From Puccinia triticina (Eukaryota), in NCBI GenBank assembly GCA_026914245.1, contig CP110440.1:4154001-4218000 (forward strand): a DNA stretch of 64,000 nt, given 5' to 3'. Shown piece after piece: positions 26,136-38,353 of this stretch (position 1 is its first letter; each line of letters opens with the position of its first letter). The position numbers and the translations under genes are program-made. A model generated the notes under the pieces. That model saw nothing but the letters and a program-made list of their open reading frames with translations. It did not search any database and was not told the DNA's origin.

Positions 26136-27049
26136 GAAAGAAGTCAAAGGACTAAGAGCAGAATGCTTGGCCGCTATCTCCTTAGTAGAAGATAGAAATA
26201 GGAAGAAAAAGAGATTCCTCAAGTGGTCTCTTGAGGGTCTGGGGACATTAGAGTTGAACGTCAGATTAAGCGCAATACTCTCGCATCTGTTTCAGTTTAA
26301 CTGAGTCTTAATTTGGTAGAGCGTTTAGCTTCCCGTTGTCCAGCTTGTTAAGCTTTGGCGAAACGGCGCAGAAGTCGTGCAACGTTGTCTGTTTAAGATC
26401 AACATAGCCGTAAGTCTTTTTGCACTTTTTGTTTCTTTCTGCCTAGTTTCTCTGACTCTTTAACTCACCTTTTTCCGTTTCTTCTCTTTGAGTAGATCCG
26501 GTGGTTTGTTCGGTCTTTTCCTGCGCGTCTTTGACTAGCAAGGAAGGAATGATGCAGTTAGCAAACAATCTCTACCGTCAAGCTGAGGAACACGCTTCTC
26601 ACCTTTGGTGTTGGCTGTGATTCTCTTTGCTAGAGGTATCTGACAGGGATTTTCCACACTGTCTGTGCTCATCCCTCCTTACTATAAGACTGTCTTCCCC
26701 CCCTCACTTGTACCTCATGCAGAATTGATAGATAATTTTAGATACAGAAATTATAAGTGCCCATTCTAATCAACCCATTGCCATTGAACCATTGCCCATT
26801 GCTTTCCCCCCCCCTTCAACCATTGCTCCAACTCTCTTACCCTCAGTAGTCAGTAGTTAAGCTCATAGTACTAGCTCCTAAGATCAAGCAGAAATCAGCC
26901 ACACCTTTTCTTCTTTTTTCTTAGTGTTACTCTCATCCCCTCAGCATTAGTCAGGAAGGCAGCCTCATCAGCACCCTTGCATAGCTTACATTAGTACTAT
27001 TGTTGCTATCCATTTCCTTTCCAAGCTCTATTCTCCCCTTTGAGTAGTT

Positions 27050-29786
27050 CCACAACGTCCAGGTCTACCTCGACGACATACTGATTTACTCGGCTAGTGA
27101 AGAAGAACATGTTAAACATGTAGAATCAGTTCTGTCAGTGCTTCGGCGCGAGGATTTGAAGTGCAGCGGCGCAAAATGCGCATTCGGCTTACGGGAAATC
27201 CAATATGTGGGCCACATCATTGGCTTCAACTCAATACGGCCGATGGAGGAGAAGCTGAGCTGTGTCCGTGAATGGCCGAGACCAAGAACGGTTTTCAATG
27301 TCCGGTCGTTTCTGGGGTTATGTGGCTTCTACAGGCGGTACGTCAAAGGTTTCGCCAAGATCGCCGCGCCGTTACATGATTTGACGGCAGGCGGAGTAAC
27401 CAAACGGCAGCCGGTTGCGTGGTTGCCGAAGCAAGAATCAGCCTTTCAACAGCTGAAAGAAGCACTAGTAAGTGCACCTATCCTTTTGATACCTGACGTC
27501 CTGAAAAGGTTTGTTATGGAGACCGACGCGTCCAATTTCGCTGTCGGAGCGGTCCTGTTGCAAGACGGGGAGGATTCGTTGCTTCATCCCGTAGCGTTCA
27601 AATCGAGTAAGCTTAATAAAGCTCAGGTCAACTACCCCGCCCAAGAACGGGAGTTATTAGCTATTATCCACGCGTGGAGGAAGTGGCACATCTACCTTGA
27701 TGGAGCAGTAGAAACAACGGTAGTTTATACTGACCACGCGTCGCTGACTTACCTAAAGACCCAAGTCCTGCCAACGAAGCGCCTGCTCAGGTGGATCGAA
27801 GAATTTGCCGAGATGGATATCAACATCCGGTACAAGAAGGGAGCCGATAATGTGGTTCCCGACGCCCTCTCGCGTAGAAGCGACCTTGCGTTGCTAGAAG
27901 AAGTCACGGGAGAGCTTCATGAGTCCGACTGGCCCTTGATAATCCCGTACCTTTTAGAAGAAAAGGACTTACCAGACGGTATTCCAGAACGCCTAGTGAT
28001 ACGGGTGAAGGAAAACATCGACTTGTTTGAATACGATCCTAACGACGAGACCTTGATATATCTGGGCCGTCAAGGATTAGCAGAAAGGTCGCCGTTTGTT
28101 GCTTTCGCGCATTGGTTTTACCTATTGAGATCCGTCCACGACGATCTTGGCCATTGTGGCAGAGATTGTACCTTGCAAATCCTTCGGGGGCGAGGGTGGT
28201 GGCCTAAGAGATACGACGATGTACAGAGTTACATTCGTACGTGCGAGTCGTGCCAAATACACAAAAGACCGCATGCAAACCAAGAAACCGGCCTTCAAAA
28301 GCCGTTACCGGCGGTATTACCGTTCAAACGGTGGTCTTTGGATCTTATTCAGATGCCGGAGAGCCACAAGAACCACTATAAGTGGATCCTCACTGCCATT
28401 GACCATTGCACGTCGTGGCCAGTAGCAGTTCCGCTGAAAGACGCATCAGCGGCAGAACTGGCGCAAGCTATCTTCGACCAGGTGATTACGCCTTTTGGAG
28501 CACCTCGCGAATTTCTCACAGATCGCGGCTCAAACTACTTGTCCGCAGGGTTTCAGAAATTCCTGGCTGCCGCCGGGATGAAACCAATTAAGACTTCCGG
28601 GTACCACCCACAAACCAATGGGAAGTCGGAAAGATTCAATGGAATCTTAGAAGCGGCTTTGTTCCGCATGAATAAGACCGGGGACCCTTCCAAATGGGAG
28701 GATGTCTTGCCGGCAGCTTTGTTTTCGGCTTGAATCCACGTTAGCGATAGCAGTGGTTTCTCGCCGTTTGAGCTTCTCTATGGCGTAAAGCCTAGGTTGC
28801 CTCAAGATTGACGACGAATGATCGCCGCAGAACCGGCCCTTCCGGGACACGAAGAATCAAAGGCACGCATTGAAGCGCTTAATAAGACCAGAACAACGGC
28901 CACAGGCAATTCAGCTGTGCGGGCGTTGCAGAACAAAGAGGCTTTCAATGAGAAAACGTCGTTTGCCCGAGACCTGAAAAGTCTTGTAGAAGGGCAGTCC
29001 GTAAAGCTGCGCAATGAAAAACACACCAAGGGCCAACCGAGGTGGTTCGGACCTTTCACGGTCAAGAAAGTCCTCGAAAACAATGCTTACATTGTTGAAG
29101 ACCATGAGGCGGTCGAGTACCCCAGGCCAGTTGATGGCAACAGTCTTAAGCCAGTGTACCTGCGTTCGTTGATCTCCAACGATATGTGGGCGGCCCCGCC
29201 CGCCATAGTACAGCGGGAGAAGCGAGCCGACGCCAGAGTGGCGAAAGCTTTACTAAAGAAAACAAGAGCTTTAACAAAAGCTAAGAATACGCCTTTGGCT
29301 TCGGCCGTTGCGCAAACTCAGAGTTCCGAGACTCACTTGGCCCGGGCACCGGGAAGAAGACTCCGGCTTCGGCTGGGACCTCCGCCGGCAGGGTCCGGGA
29401 CGGCCCCTGTCTAGGGGGGGGGATGTTGTAGCCGTGCTACTATAGTACGGGCGGGTTACCACCCGCCACGTAGTAGAGAGGCGGGAGGCCCCTGCGCCTC
29501 CCTTGCCTAGATTGGGTTAGACCCGGAGTTAGGCTATCACGCCTTCTTCTTTTCCTCGTTACAGCTGCCAGGAGTACCCCTGTATGGCTGTAGCCGATAG
29601 TCCCCCTGTATTCAGGGGTGGTTGTTGTTGTTTCCATTTCTCCTTTGAGGCGCCTATATTAGGCGCTCTCTCTTGTAGGGCTTTTTGCCCCAGTTCCTTT
29701 TTGCCTCTCAAAATCTAGAGTGCCATTTCTCGTCTTTTATCGCATCGCTCGTACCAGTCCCCCAGTTACTGTAGAGCCCCGCTACA
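27050..29786 (+). mobile_element. 5'-truncated Ty3/Gypsy retrotransposon with 3' LTR
   Basis: RT VYLDDILIYS at about 27063; RNase H (ETDASNFAVGAVL, ERELLAI, YTDH); integrase (H-H-C-C, DRGSNY, YHPQTNGKSER). A PPT at 29413-29423 precedes the LTR TGTAGC...GCTACA (29427-29786). Confidence 0.92.
27063..29414 (+). pseudogene. Gypsy pol (RT-RNase H-integrase) with in-frame stops
   Basis: Single reading frame interrupted by TGA at 28731-28733 and 28809-28811. Confidence 0.88.
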
Positions 29787-29989
29787 CCCGTTGAGCATTG
29801 TCCGCATGGTACGCTGCCATCTCATCTTCAGCTTCTTTTTTCTTTGCGAGTCAGTATTGCCTCTGTAGCCAAGTTTCTCGCGCAGGAAGTCGGGAAGAAC
29901 GGTGGAATTTGTGTCTGTCGGATACCATGGCCAAGGCGAGGTTGAAGGAAGTGAAAGTCAAATGTAAAAATTTAATCAGAATTGTTTTG

Positions 29990-32690
29990 TGTTACAACGG
30001 ATTGTATGTAGTATTTCCATAAAAGTACGTATTTGCATACAAGCTAGCACAGGTTTGGAGTGCCAGGTCCGGTGGAGCCAGGACTACGGACACAGAAATG
30101 GAGTCGAGGGATTTGGCAGGCGCACTCCGTGCAGCTCAAGCGGCTCTAAGCCGCCCGCCAAGTCGGAAAAGAGCATCTAAAAGGCGCCTTCCCAAGCATC
30201 TGGGAACTCGTCTTTCAGATGGCAGCTCTCCACTGCCATAGGTGGCGCGCCTCGGGTGTCGAGTAGTCATCGGGGGGTACTGGTTATGCGTGATTGGTTG
30301 CGCGGGCCTCGCGGCAGTCGCGCTCTGCGCTTTCTGGTGACATGTGCGTTCCTCCGATTCGGAGTACGAGTCTGTGACAGATCTTCGCGCCTGTGATCCC
30401 TTTCTAGCTGGTCCGATCCCGGCTTTTGATCTCCAGCAGCTTCCATGCCCCCTATCAACGATCCACGACTACTCTATTGATTTGGCTAGCGGTTCTTCAA
30501 CTAGGTAAGTCGTCTCCTGTCATCTTCGTTTGGAGTTCTTCTTAATTCAAGCACAATCTTCAGAAGATTCGCCATCAATAGCTCCTCCTAGTGCGTCCAC
30601 AAGAGAGAACTAATCATTGCTTCCTTTTCCCTTGTTACTTTGTTATGCCTCCGAATCAAAGAACCAACCGTATGCACATCGCATCTGAATGAAATCTTGC
30701 CATGTCTAGCGGAAACGATCCGGAATCGACTCCTGTTCTCCGCTTCCTTTGTATTTAAGAGCCTCGCCAAACTTGTCTGATTGTCCTTACTTGCCAATAC
30801 TCTTTGAACTCCGTAGCCAGTACTTGATGCTCTTCGATCATTCCCAACGATAGAATCTGTTTTGTTTGAAGCTGATCATAGTTTTCTTGTTTGGTTTTCT
30901 TCTCTAGAACAATGATTTTGGTTCGGAGTCGCGATATAAACTGCTGTCCCATTCTTGTTGATGCTTTTTAAATGTCTGAATTGTGATGAATGATGATAAT
31001 AATATAGTTGTTTTTGAATTGCTGGTGGCAATTGGTTCCTCGTTCCTCCGCCAATCCAGTTCCGAATACAAAACACTTTATCCAGCGCTGTCTTCCGCGA
31101 GTTATTTCTAGTTGTCCAACCTGCATCAAGACAAGTTTGTATCCGAAAAAAAACTTTCAATTTTTAGAATTCTAGCCGAATGAAGGATGCCCTCCCCCAA
31201 CTTAGATGGTTGTCCTCAACCAAGAGAAATTGTAAGCCAAAAAACTACACAGAGGTCTTCTCCCCCAACTTATATAAGAAAAAGTAGAACTTAAGAATGA
31301 AGAGGGATGGAAGGAAGGAAGGTGGCAATGAAAGATTGATGTGTGAAAGAAGTGTAAGTTCCTCCCCCAACTTGAAAAGATTCTAACTCTGAGAGTGTAA
31401 GAATTTAGAGCTGATATCTGATTTTGATGATTGTAGAAAACAAGAAAACAGGAAAAAATGATGAATCTTTAACCAATTCCAACAAGGAGCCTTGGGCGGT
31501 TGAAGGTTTTCTGGAGTTGTCCAAAGCGGTCTGGCGGAATCTTCAGGGTTGATTTAAAAATGAGCTTCTTGAGTAAGTAAACTAAGATGAGAAATTGATT
31601 CCTGTGTGATTTGAGTTGAGATAGAGTGTTGTTTGATCTGAATTCTTGTTTCAGTTTTGATTAATTTCTTGAATGATTTGGTTTTGAGGCAATATCCGGA
31701 GGAACTGGTGGCGGCGGAGTCTCAAATGTTTCTTCAGCAGGCAGACAAATTGGATTTGGTTTGATTGAAGTTGGTGAGTTTATTGGTTTGAGATATGTAA
31801 AATTGTCATTTGGGTGGCATAGATTGATGGTTCTGTCTTTCTTTTCTTCAAGATCCGTATCTGTGGTTCCTGGTTCCAGAGGTGAAGGTTTGTTGAAAAT
31901 TTCTTCATGTTGATCCAAGTGAGGTTTGAAGAGATGCTTGTTGAAGATTTTGTCTTTGAGCTTGTTGAGATCTTGAATGCGGCTGATACGCTTTCCTGAT
32001 AGCTGATTGTTTTTGATGTGCCATAGCTTTCCATTCCTCCAGATTTTACAGAGTTGTTCCCAGAACAAAAGTCGCAACCCATTGGATAACAGATTTTTTA
32101 GCTCATCCTCTGTGGATTGACAAGTAGTTGTGATAAGATCCAAGTTAAATAGTTGACACCAAATTCCTTCATTGGATGTATGAATAATAAGGCCAGTGCA
32201 CGCCCCGTTTACGTTTTGGACTGTTTCTTTGCCAAGTTGGAAAAGATATAAAATAATAACCAATATGATTCCACTGATAACCTCAAAGCTTTTCATACTG
32301 ATCTTTGATAGCTTCTTGATTCCGCCTACAATTGTTAACCAAAGAATAACCCTCCAGGATAGCTGATCTAATGTAGGTGGAAGTGATTTGTGCTCTGATT
32401 GGATTCCTATGCCTAAGTTGCCAGTTTTCATGCTGTTGGTACCAAGATCCTTCATGTTATTCCCTTCCCTTCCTTGGCCTATTCTTGGAAGTGGTACTGA
32501 TACTTTTATTCCATGCTTGGCTCCTGGAGATTGGTCTTGTAGCTTGGAGATATTCTGGGCTGTGTATGCTGGAGAGATTGCCGTGATGATCTTGCCACTC
32601 TTAGCAAGCGACTAACTTGCTTGCTCCAGAACCTTGGCTAGTGTTGAGAGATGTTTCTCAGCTGCGGCGGATACATGTAGCCGTGATCAA
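29990..32690 (-). mobile_element. Degenerate LTR-retroelement remnant
   Basis: Three PPT-like AAGTTGGGGGAG motifs on the minus strand (about 31193, 31260, 31361), a TGTTAC boundary at 29990, and a low-complexity ORF at 31661-32455 with no recognisable domain. Confidence 0.4.
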
Positions 32691-33118
32691 GGAAGTTTAG
32701 CAGCAAGAAAAATTGAACAATGTGTAAGCTCTCACCAGTGGCTTGTTTAGGGTGTTCAGCCAAATGGTTCTTTTGATGTTGCTCAAGGAATTATTACCCA
32801 GGCCACGTAACTTGAAGAGGAGGCTCAAAAAAAAAAAAAAGGTGCTCTTGGAACACCCGGCTTGATTTTGATTATGCAAATCTCATCTCCCCAAAGCTTC
32901 TTTTCTAATTCTTCAGACCTAGTACCCAAGTGTTGTTGTTTTCCCCTCGTAACATTTTTTTTCTTCAAAAAAACTGCCAATTAAAAAAGAACTAGAGGCC
33001 AAGGCGGCTGCGCCACTGTAGTCCTCAAGTCATGTAGATTACCCAGCGCCAAGATAAATTTCAACCCTTCCTTGCCGCATCCCAAGCTGATAGCAATTGG
33101 GACCTGGGTCCCTGCGGC

Positions 33119-33586
33119 CAACAGTGGGCCTTTACTTTGCTTTACTATAACCAGGCCCTTCCAGTAAAGTATAGATGTTTTTATCATCTCTGGTACTTTA
33201 CTGGTTATAGTAAAGGAATTTTTCCAATGGGCTGATATAGTAGAGAGCCCTATTAAACATGTTTAACCCCTAGTTATTTCTATAACCAGCGGTAAAAGTG
33301 GGTTTAAATGTACTTTTACACCTGCTTATTGAAATAAAAAGGGGAAAAAATAGGTGTAAATGCCTTGTTGTGGTTATAAGGAGCCTTTTGCAAGCTCCCA
33401 TCAACAAAAAAAAACAAATTAATTTAACTGATCCTGTACCTGTATAAGAAAATTAAAAAATCAAATATGTTTCATAGTAAAGAAAAATTCTTTACTGATT
33501 GGAGTGCTATCTGTTATAGTATTGAGCCAAAAACATCTACTGTATCTTTACTTTACCAATTACTGTAAAGTAAAGGCCCACTGTTG
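33119..33586. mobile_element. TIR MITE, probably hAT
   Basis: TIR CAACAGTGGGCCTTTACTTT / AAAGTAAAGGCCCACTGTTG; imperfect duplicated flank C(T/C)GCGGC. Confidence 0.7.
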
Positions 33587-33801
33587 CCGCGGCGGGTACA
33601 GTTACTGCGTCTTTCTTTTTCTCAAACCAGACACCTGTAAACTTACCTGTACCTGGCTAGGCGGGTACCCACTGCCACTGGGTGAGCCGTTCCTAAGCTC
33701 CCTTGATGGCCTGTACCGCCAGATTCTCCACCAGATTCTATTATCTATAAATACCGCGGCAAGATTGGCACTTTTAGAAATAAAAAAAAGGGTACTACAT
33801 A

Positions 33802-34051
33802 CACTGCAAAAAAAACTTGGTCAACTGCTTGCAGTTGACACGCAGGATACTCAAGTCAAGCTGCCATTGTAACTCCACCTGGATGCACAAGTGCCTTTGT
33901 TGGCACAGTCACTGTGCAAGGTGCCCAGTGACTGTGCATTGAAGCTTGGGTTGAGTCAAACCTTGAGTAAGGCTGGTGTAACACCACAATCTTCCTCAGA
34001 GTTACCACATGTCAACTGCTCACAGTTGACATGGTTTTTTTTTTTGCAGTG
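33802..34051. mobile_element. CACTA/EnSpm-type (CACTG) MITE
   Basis: CACTGCAAAAAAAA...TTTTTTTTGCAGTG; 3-bp TSD ATA. Related copies at about 25323-25520 and 52003-52211. Confidence 0.8.
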
Positions 34052-35531
34052 ATACCTTCTTCTGATTGTTCAGAACCAAATAATTGATGCAACTGGTCCC
34101 CACCACTAACATGACAACATCATTTCACTAACATGACAACATCATTTCACTAACATGACAACATCAGTTGGTGCAGGGACTTTTGCACCGTAAGTGGTTG
34201 TGGCTTCATCTTCTCCCAGCTTGCAGACATCTCAAAATAGGAGTGGAGGTTGAAAAATGCGCTCAATTTAGGCTTGTTTGAATGGTTTTATTTTGCAGGA
34301 AAATACATGCTGGACTCTGAAATCTTTTCCCAAAAGTTGTTTACTGAATCCAGCAATGAGCCCAAGCGCCAGCAATGGTGATTTGGTTCCACTGCACAAG
34401 CTTTTATCTATCAGTCTAGCTCAGAGGCATATTTTAATTCATAAAATAGACAACTAACAATTACATTGGAGCCACACTTAGTTGGCGACCTCCTAGGTTC
34501 TCAATCGCCTCCTTAAATTCAGTTTGATTTTTGACCATGTCAAGGAACATATCCAGAATCTTGGTAAGTCTAGCTAGTTTTGCTTTGTTGATTGTTTCTT
34601 TTTCTTTTTTGGAAGGACCTCCGATCTTTGTAGGTCTTGTTTTGGAAGTTTTCTGCAGTTGCAGCCCAGAAAACTTTCAGTCAGGGTAGAATATCACAGG
34701 CGATTGAGCGCAAAACTCACGGTCAGATCTTTCTTGGTGAAATTGCCCAGAGGATTGCTTGACTTGGCTGTGGACTGAGGTGAATTTTTAACACATCAGT
34801 TAGTACCAGCATATGACATAGCTGATTGGGGGTGGCACTTACCCGCTTTGGAGCGGAGATTGCCGGCGTATCTGAGAAAACAAAAGTGTCAGAGTTTGGT
34901 AAACTTTTAATCTGTGAGGGATTTCAAAGTACATGAAGGCAAAGACAAAACATCATCAGACAATGGTTACGAGAGAGTAGAATCATCATCATCATCATTG
35001 CTCTCATAATTGGACACAACGTGCCAAGCATGCTTTGGGAAAGGTTTCTTGGGCTTGGATGCTGACTTTACCTCCCCTCATGGCCAGTAGGGGCAATGAA
35101 GATCCACGGCGGTTGCAGCTCGCCACCAAAAAAAGGTGGAAGTTTGGAGGTCAATTTGAAAGACCTTGCTCTGTGGGCTTTGACCCCTCCGGTCAGCCGG
35201 CAAACAAGCCGTCACCATTGGAACGCCCCCACCCACCAAAATCCAGTCAAAACTTGTGCAAACCTGATGGCAATTCAATGTCAAACCCAATCACAACCAA
35301 AACAGCTTGTTCCAGTGTACAGTGCTGATCTCACCACTCTATGTTACCACTCGTTTTGTGTTCATCCTGGTTTTTTAACTTACAGGGGGCTCTAATGATG
35401 TCTAGGAGGCCTTTTTTTGAATTTCTATTAATGCAAGCAAAGAGCAAGTTGAACTAACAGAACAGAATCTTCAAGTAGAAAAGAAGGAAAAAATGATTGA
35501 AATAGAAATGGATTTAGAAGAAGGGCACTAT

Positions 35532-36844
35532 TGTAAAAATACTGAGGTGTAGGAAAGTGTGTGCAGCTTAGTTATTTGTTGTGATCCTTCAAAAACTTCT
35601 GATCTGATTGGTTCCTAAGGAAAAATAGTCCTGAGCAAGCAAGTCAGTGATGAGTAAGCAATAAAACAGAAGTTTTTGGATATAAGAGCTGTCAATTTAC
35701 TCGTATACCATGATGAGGTACCTTGCTTCATTGAAAGCTGGGACCTGCGGATTGGGGAGGGGATTGATTGTGACGTTCCTAATTGGGCCGATTTAGTTAA
35801 CGTTAACGCTGTAAGACTCAAAAGGTGTCGTGAGACCCTTTTGCTGAATGGCGAAAGGTATGGATGAGGTGCAAGCTCTGCCTTTCTGTATATCAGAAAA
35901 CAAGACCACCAAGGTAAGCTTGGCAATTTATTTTGTGATAGGATATGTTCGAAGATGAGATATATAAGAGGATTGTTGTTGATGTCCGAGGTTGATGGGG
36001 TTACTGATGTATGTGATAGGTGACGGTGACTTGATGTCTCGAGTGGGGCTTGAACCTAGGTCCTTGGCCTGGGGGGTATATAAGTTCAGAAAGTGAGGAG
36101 TGATGAGGGTGAGAGGGAGCTAAGCTCAACCAGGAGTGGAACCGGGGACTGGTTACTGGTGAAAGGTGTGTGACTGAGCGGTGATATGCATTTCAAATAG
36201 AATGTGAAAGGTTTGTGAAACTGAGTGGTGATGTGAGCTGATAACTGTGATATGGATAGATAATATGAGTGATAAGTGAGTAGAGAATATATACTGCCGG
36301 ATGGCATGAGGGGGGAACAACTGGCAGGCAGAGGCCTCCTTATATAGACAATGATGAGGGAATTTAGCTCCAGGGTAACAGCTTTGAGGGAATTTGGCTG
36401 GTGAGAAAGTACAACTGAGGGAATTTAGCTAGACTATCTACAATGCGTCCCTTTGATATGCAAACAGGATCATATATATTCATACAAGGATTTTCCAAGA
36501 TCAAAGATATGCAAATGGAAAACAAACATATGCAAAGAATAGGAGGTGAGGACTGATAAAAGGAAGGAAGAAAAGTAATTCATGTGCCGTATGCATTATG
36601 CCAAGTATGGTAGCCAAGGGTTGAGTCTGTGTGTGAACCCGCTCGGACTGGTGCGTGAAAGGGATGATTTGCGTATCTTCTGATCCGGTAGAGATATGGG
36701 AGTGGTTTCAGTGTGTGACTAGGGGTTATTTTGGTCCTAGATTCCATTTCTGATGTCCATTTGGCCGTATCTTGAGGCGTTTTGTGAGTACACATAAAAG
36801 TTTGAATTTTTCCTCCTACAAACACAGGAATAATGACCACAACA
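35532..36844 (-). mobile_element. Solo LTR (1.3 kb)
   Basis: Minus-strand TGTTGTGG...TTTACA; 4-bp TSD CTAT; TATA at about 36340; shares a segment with the LTR at 5360-7069. Confidence 0.75.
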
Positions 36845-36906
36845 CTATCTAGGTGCTTTTCCTCCTGAATGGTCCAAAGAACATTGAAGACTTGTCTTAC
36901 ATTTTA

Positions 36907-38353
36907 GGCCCCGTTTGGACGCCCCAAATTCAGTTATAAATCGCGCGACTTATCACCGGGGGTGCTCGGGGTATAACACCAAACTTATATGTGTTTGGGA
37001 TGGCCAATGATATCGTAAAATTCATTACTCTGTATCACAGGCCATTTATATCCCCAGCCATTTCGGAAATAGAGGTCCTGACCTCTATTTTGGGTGATAT
37101 TTGGCCATCAGTATACCTAGGAACATGTACACAACCCTGGATGACCCGTTCAACTGGTCATCCAGAGGAGTCCTACACACCACCTCAATGACCGGTCAGC
37201 GGGTCATCAAGGTGGACATAACCTGCAACTTTAACCTCTCGATGACCAACCGGTCATTGAAGAGGACACATCCTCTCAATGACCAGTCAACCGGTCATTG
37301 AAGAGGACACATCCTCTTGATGACCGGTCAAACGGTCATTGAGAGGTTGTACCCACTTCGATGACCGGTTGATTGGCCATCGAAGAGGACACATGCTCTT
37401 GATGACCGGTCAAACGGTCATTGAAGAGGACACATCCTCTCAATGACCGGCCAACCAGTCATCAAAGGGGACACAACCTCTCAATGAACGGTCAACCGGT
37501 CATCAAAGAGGACATGCCCTCTTGATGACCGGTTAAACGGTCATCGAAGAGGACACACCCTCTTGATGACCGGTCGAACGGTCATAGAGATAAGTCCTCT
37601 GGATGACCAGTCAAACCGGTCATCCAGAGGTTGTACCCACTTCAATGACCGGTTGATTGGTCATCAAAGAGGACAAAACACCTCGTTGAACGGGGCCGGT
37701 CATCGGGAGTCACCGGAAGGTTGTGTCCTCTTCGATGACCGGTCGGCCTGTCATTGAGAGGGTGTGTCCTCTTTGATGACCGGTTGACCAGTCATCGAGA
37801 GGGTATGTCCTCTTCAATGACCGTTCGACCGGTCATCAAGAGGGTATGTCCTCTTCAATGACCGGTCAACGGGTGTGTCCTTGTCGATGACCGGTTGGCC
37901 GGTCATCGAGAGGGTGTGTCCTCTTCGATGACCAGTTGACCGGTCATCAAGAGGGTGTGTCCTCTTCGATGACTGTTTGACCGGTCATCAAGAGGGTGTG
38001 TCCTCTTCGATGACTGGTTGACTGGTCATTGAAAGGGTGAAGTCCCCCTAGATGACCAGTTCACCAGTCATTGAGGGGGTGAAGTACTCTGGATGGCCGT
38101 TTAAACCGGTCATCCAGAGGTTGTGCACTCCCAGGAGTGTGTTGTGTGTACATGTATGACACTGGTCTGCTTTGGTTTGCCAAACAGTCAGGTGATAAAT
38201 GGACCCTAGGAATGTTTATGGAGTGCATGCCAAACAGACAAATTATAAATCTGTTGGTGGCATAATTAATTTTATGACACTCAAGATTCATTTTGGGTGT
38301 TATGTAATTTATTACACCATTTATCATATCACACATGGCGTCCAAACGGGGCC
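36907..38353. mobile_element. PIF/Harbinger (Tourist-like) non-autonomous element with internal foldback array
   Basis: TIR GGCCCCGTTTGGACGCC / GGCGTCCAAACGGGGCC; 3-bp TSD TTA. About 40-bp GATGACCGGT units switch orientation near 37700. Confidence 0.9.

Noticed and set aside
26230..26673. Small spliced minus-strand gene (MSTDSVENPCQ...)
   Set aside because: Needs an intron of about 30 nt, has early stops and no recognisable domain; at best a decayed fragment.
37135..38120. Palindromic array resembling CRISPR
   Set aside because: The intervening sequences are homologous to each other, and the array lies inside a Harbinger element with TIRs and TSD.
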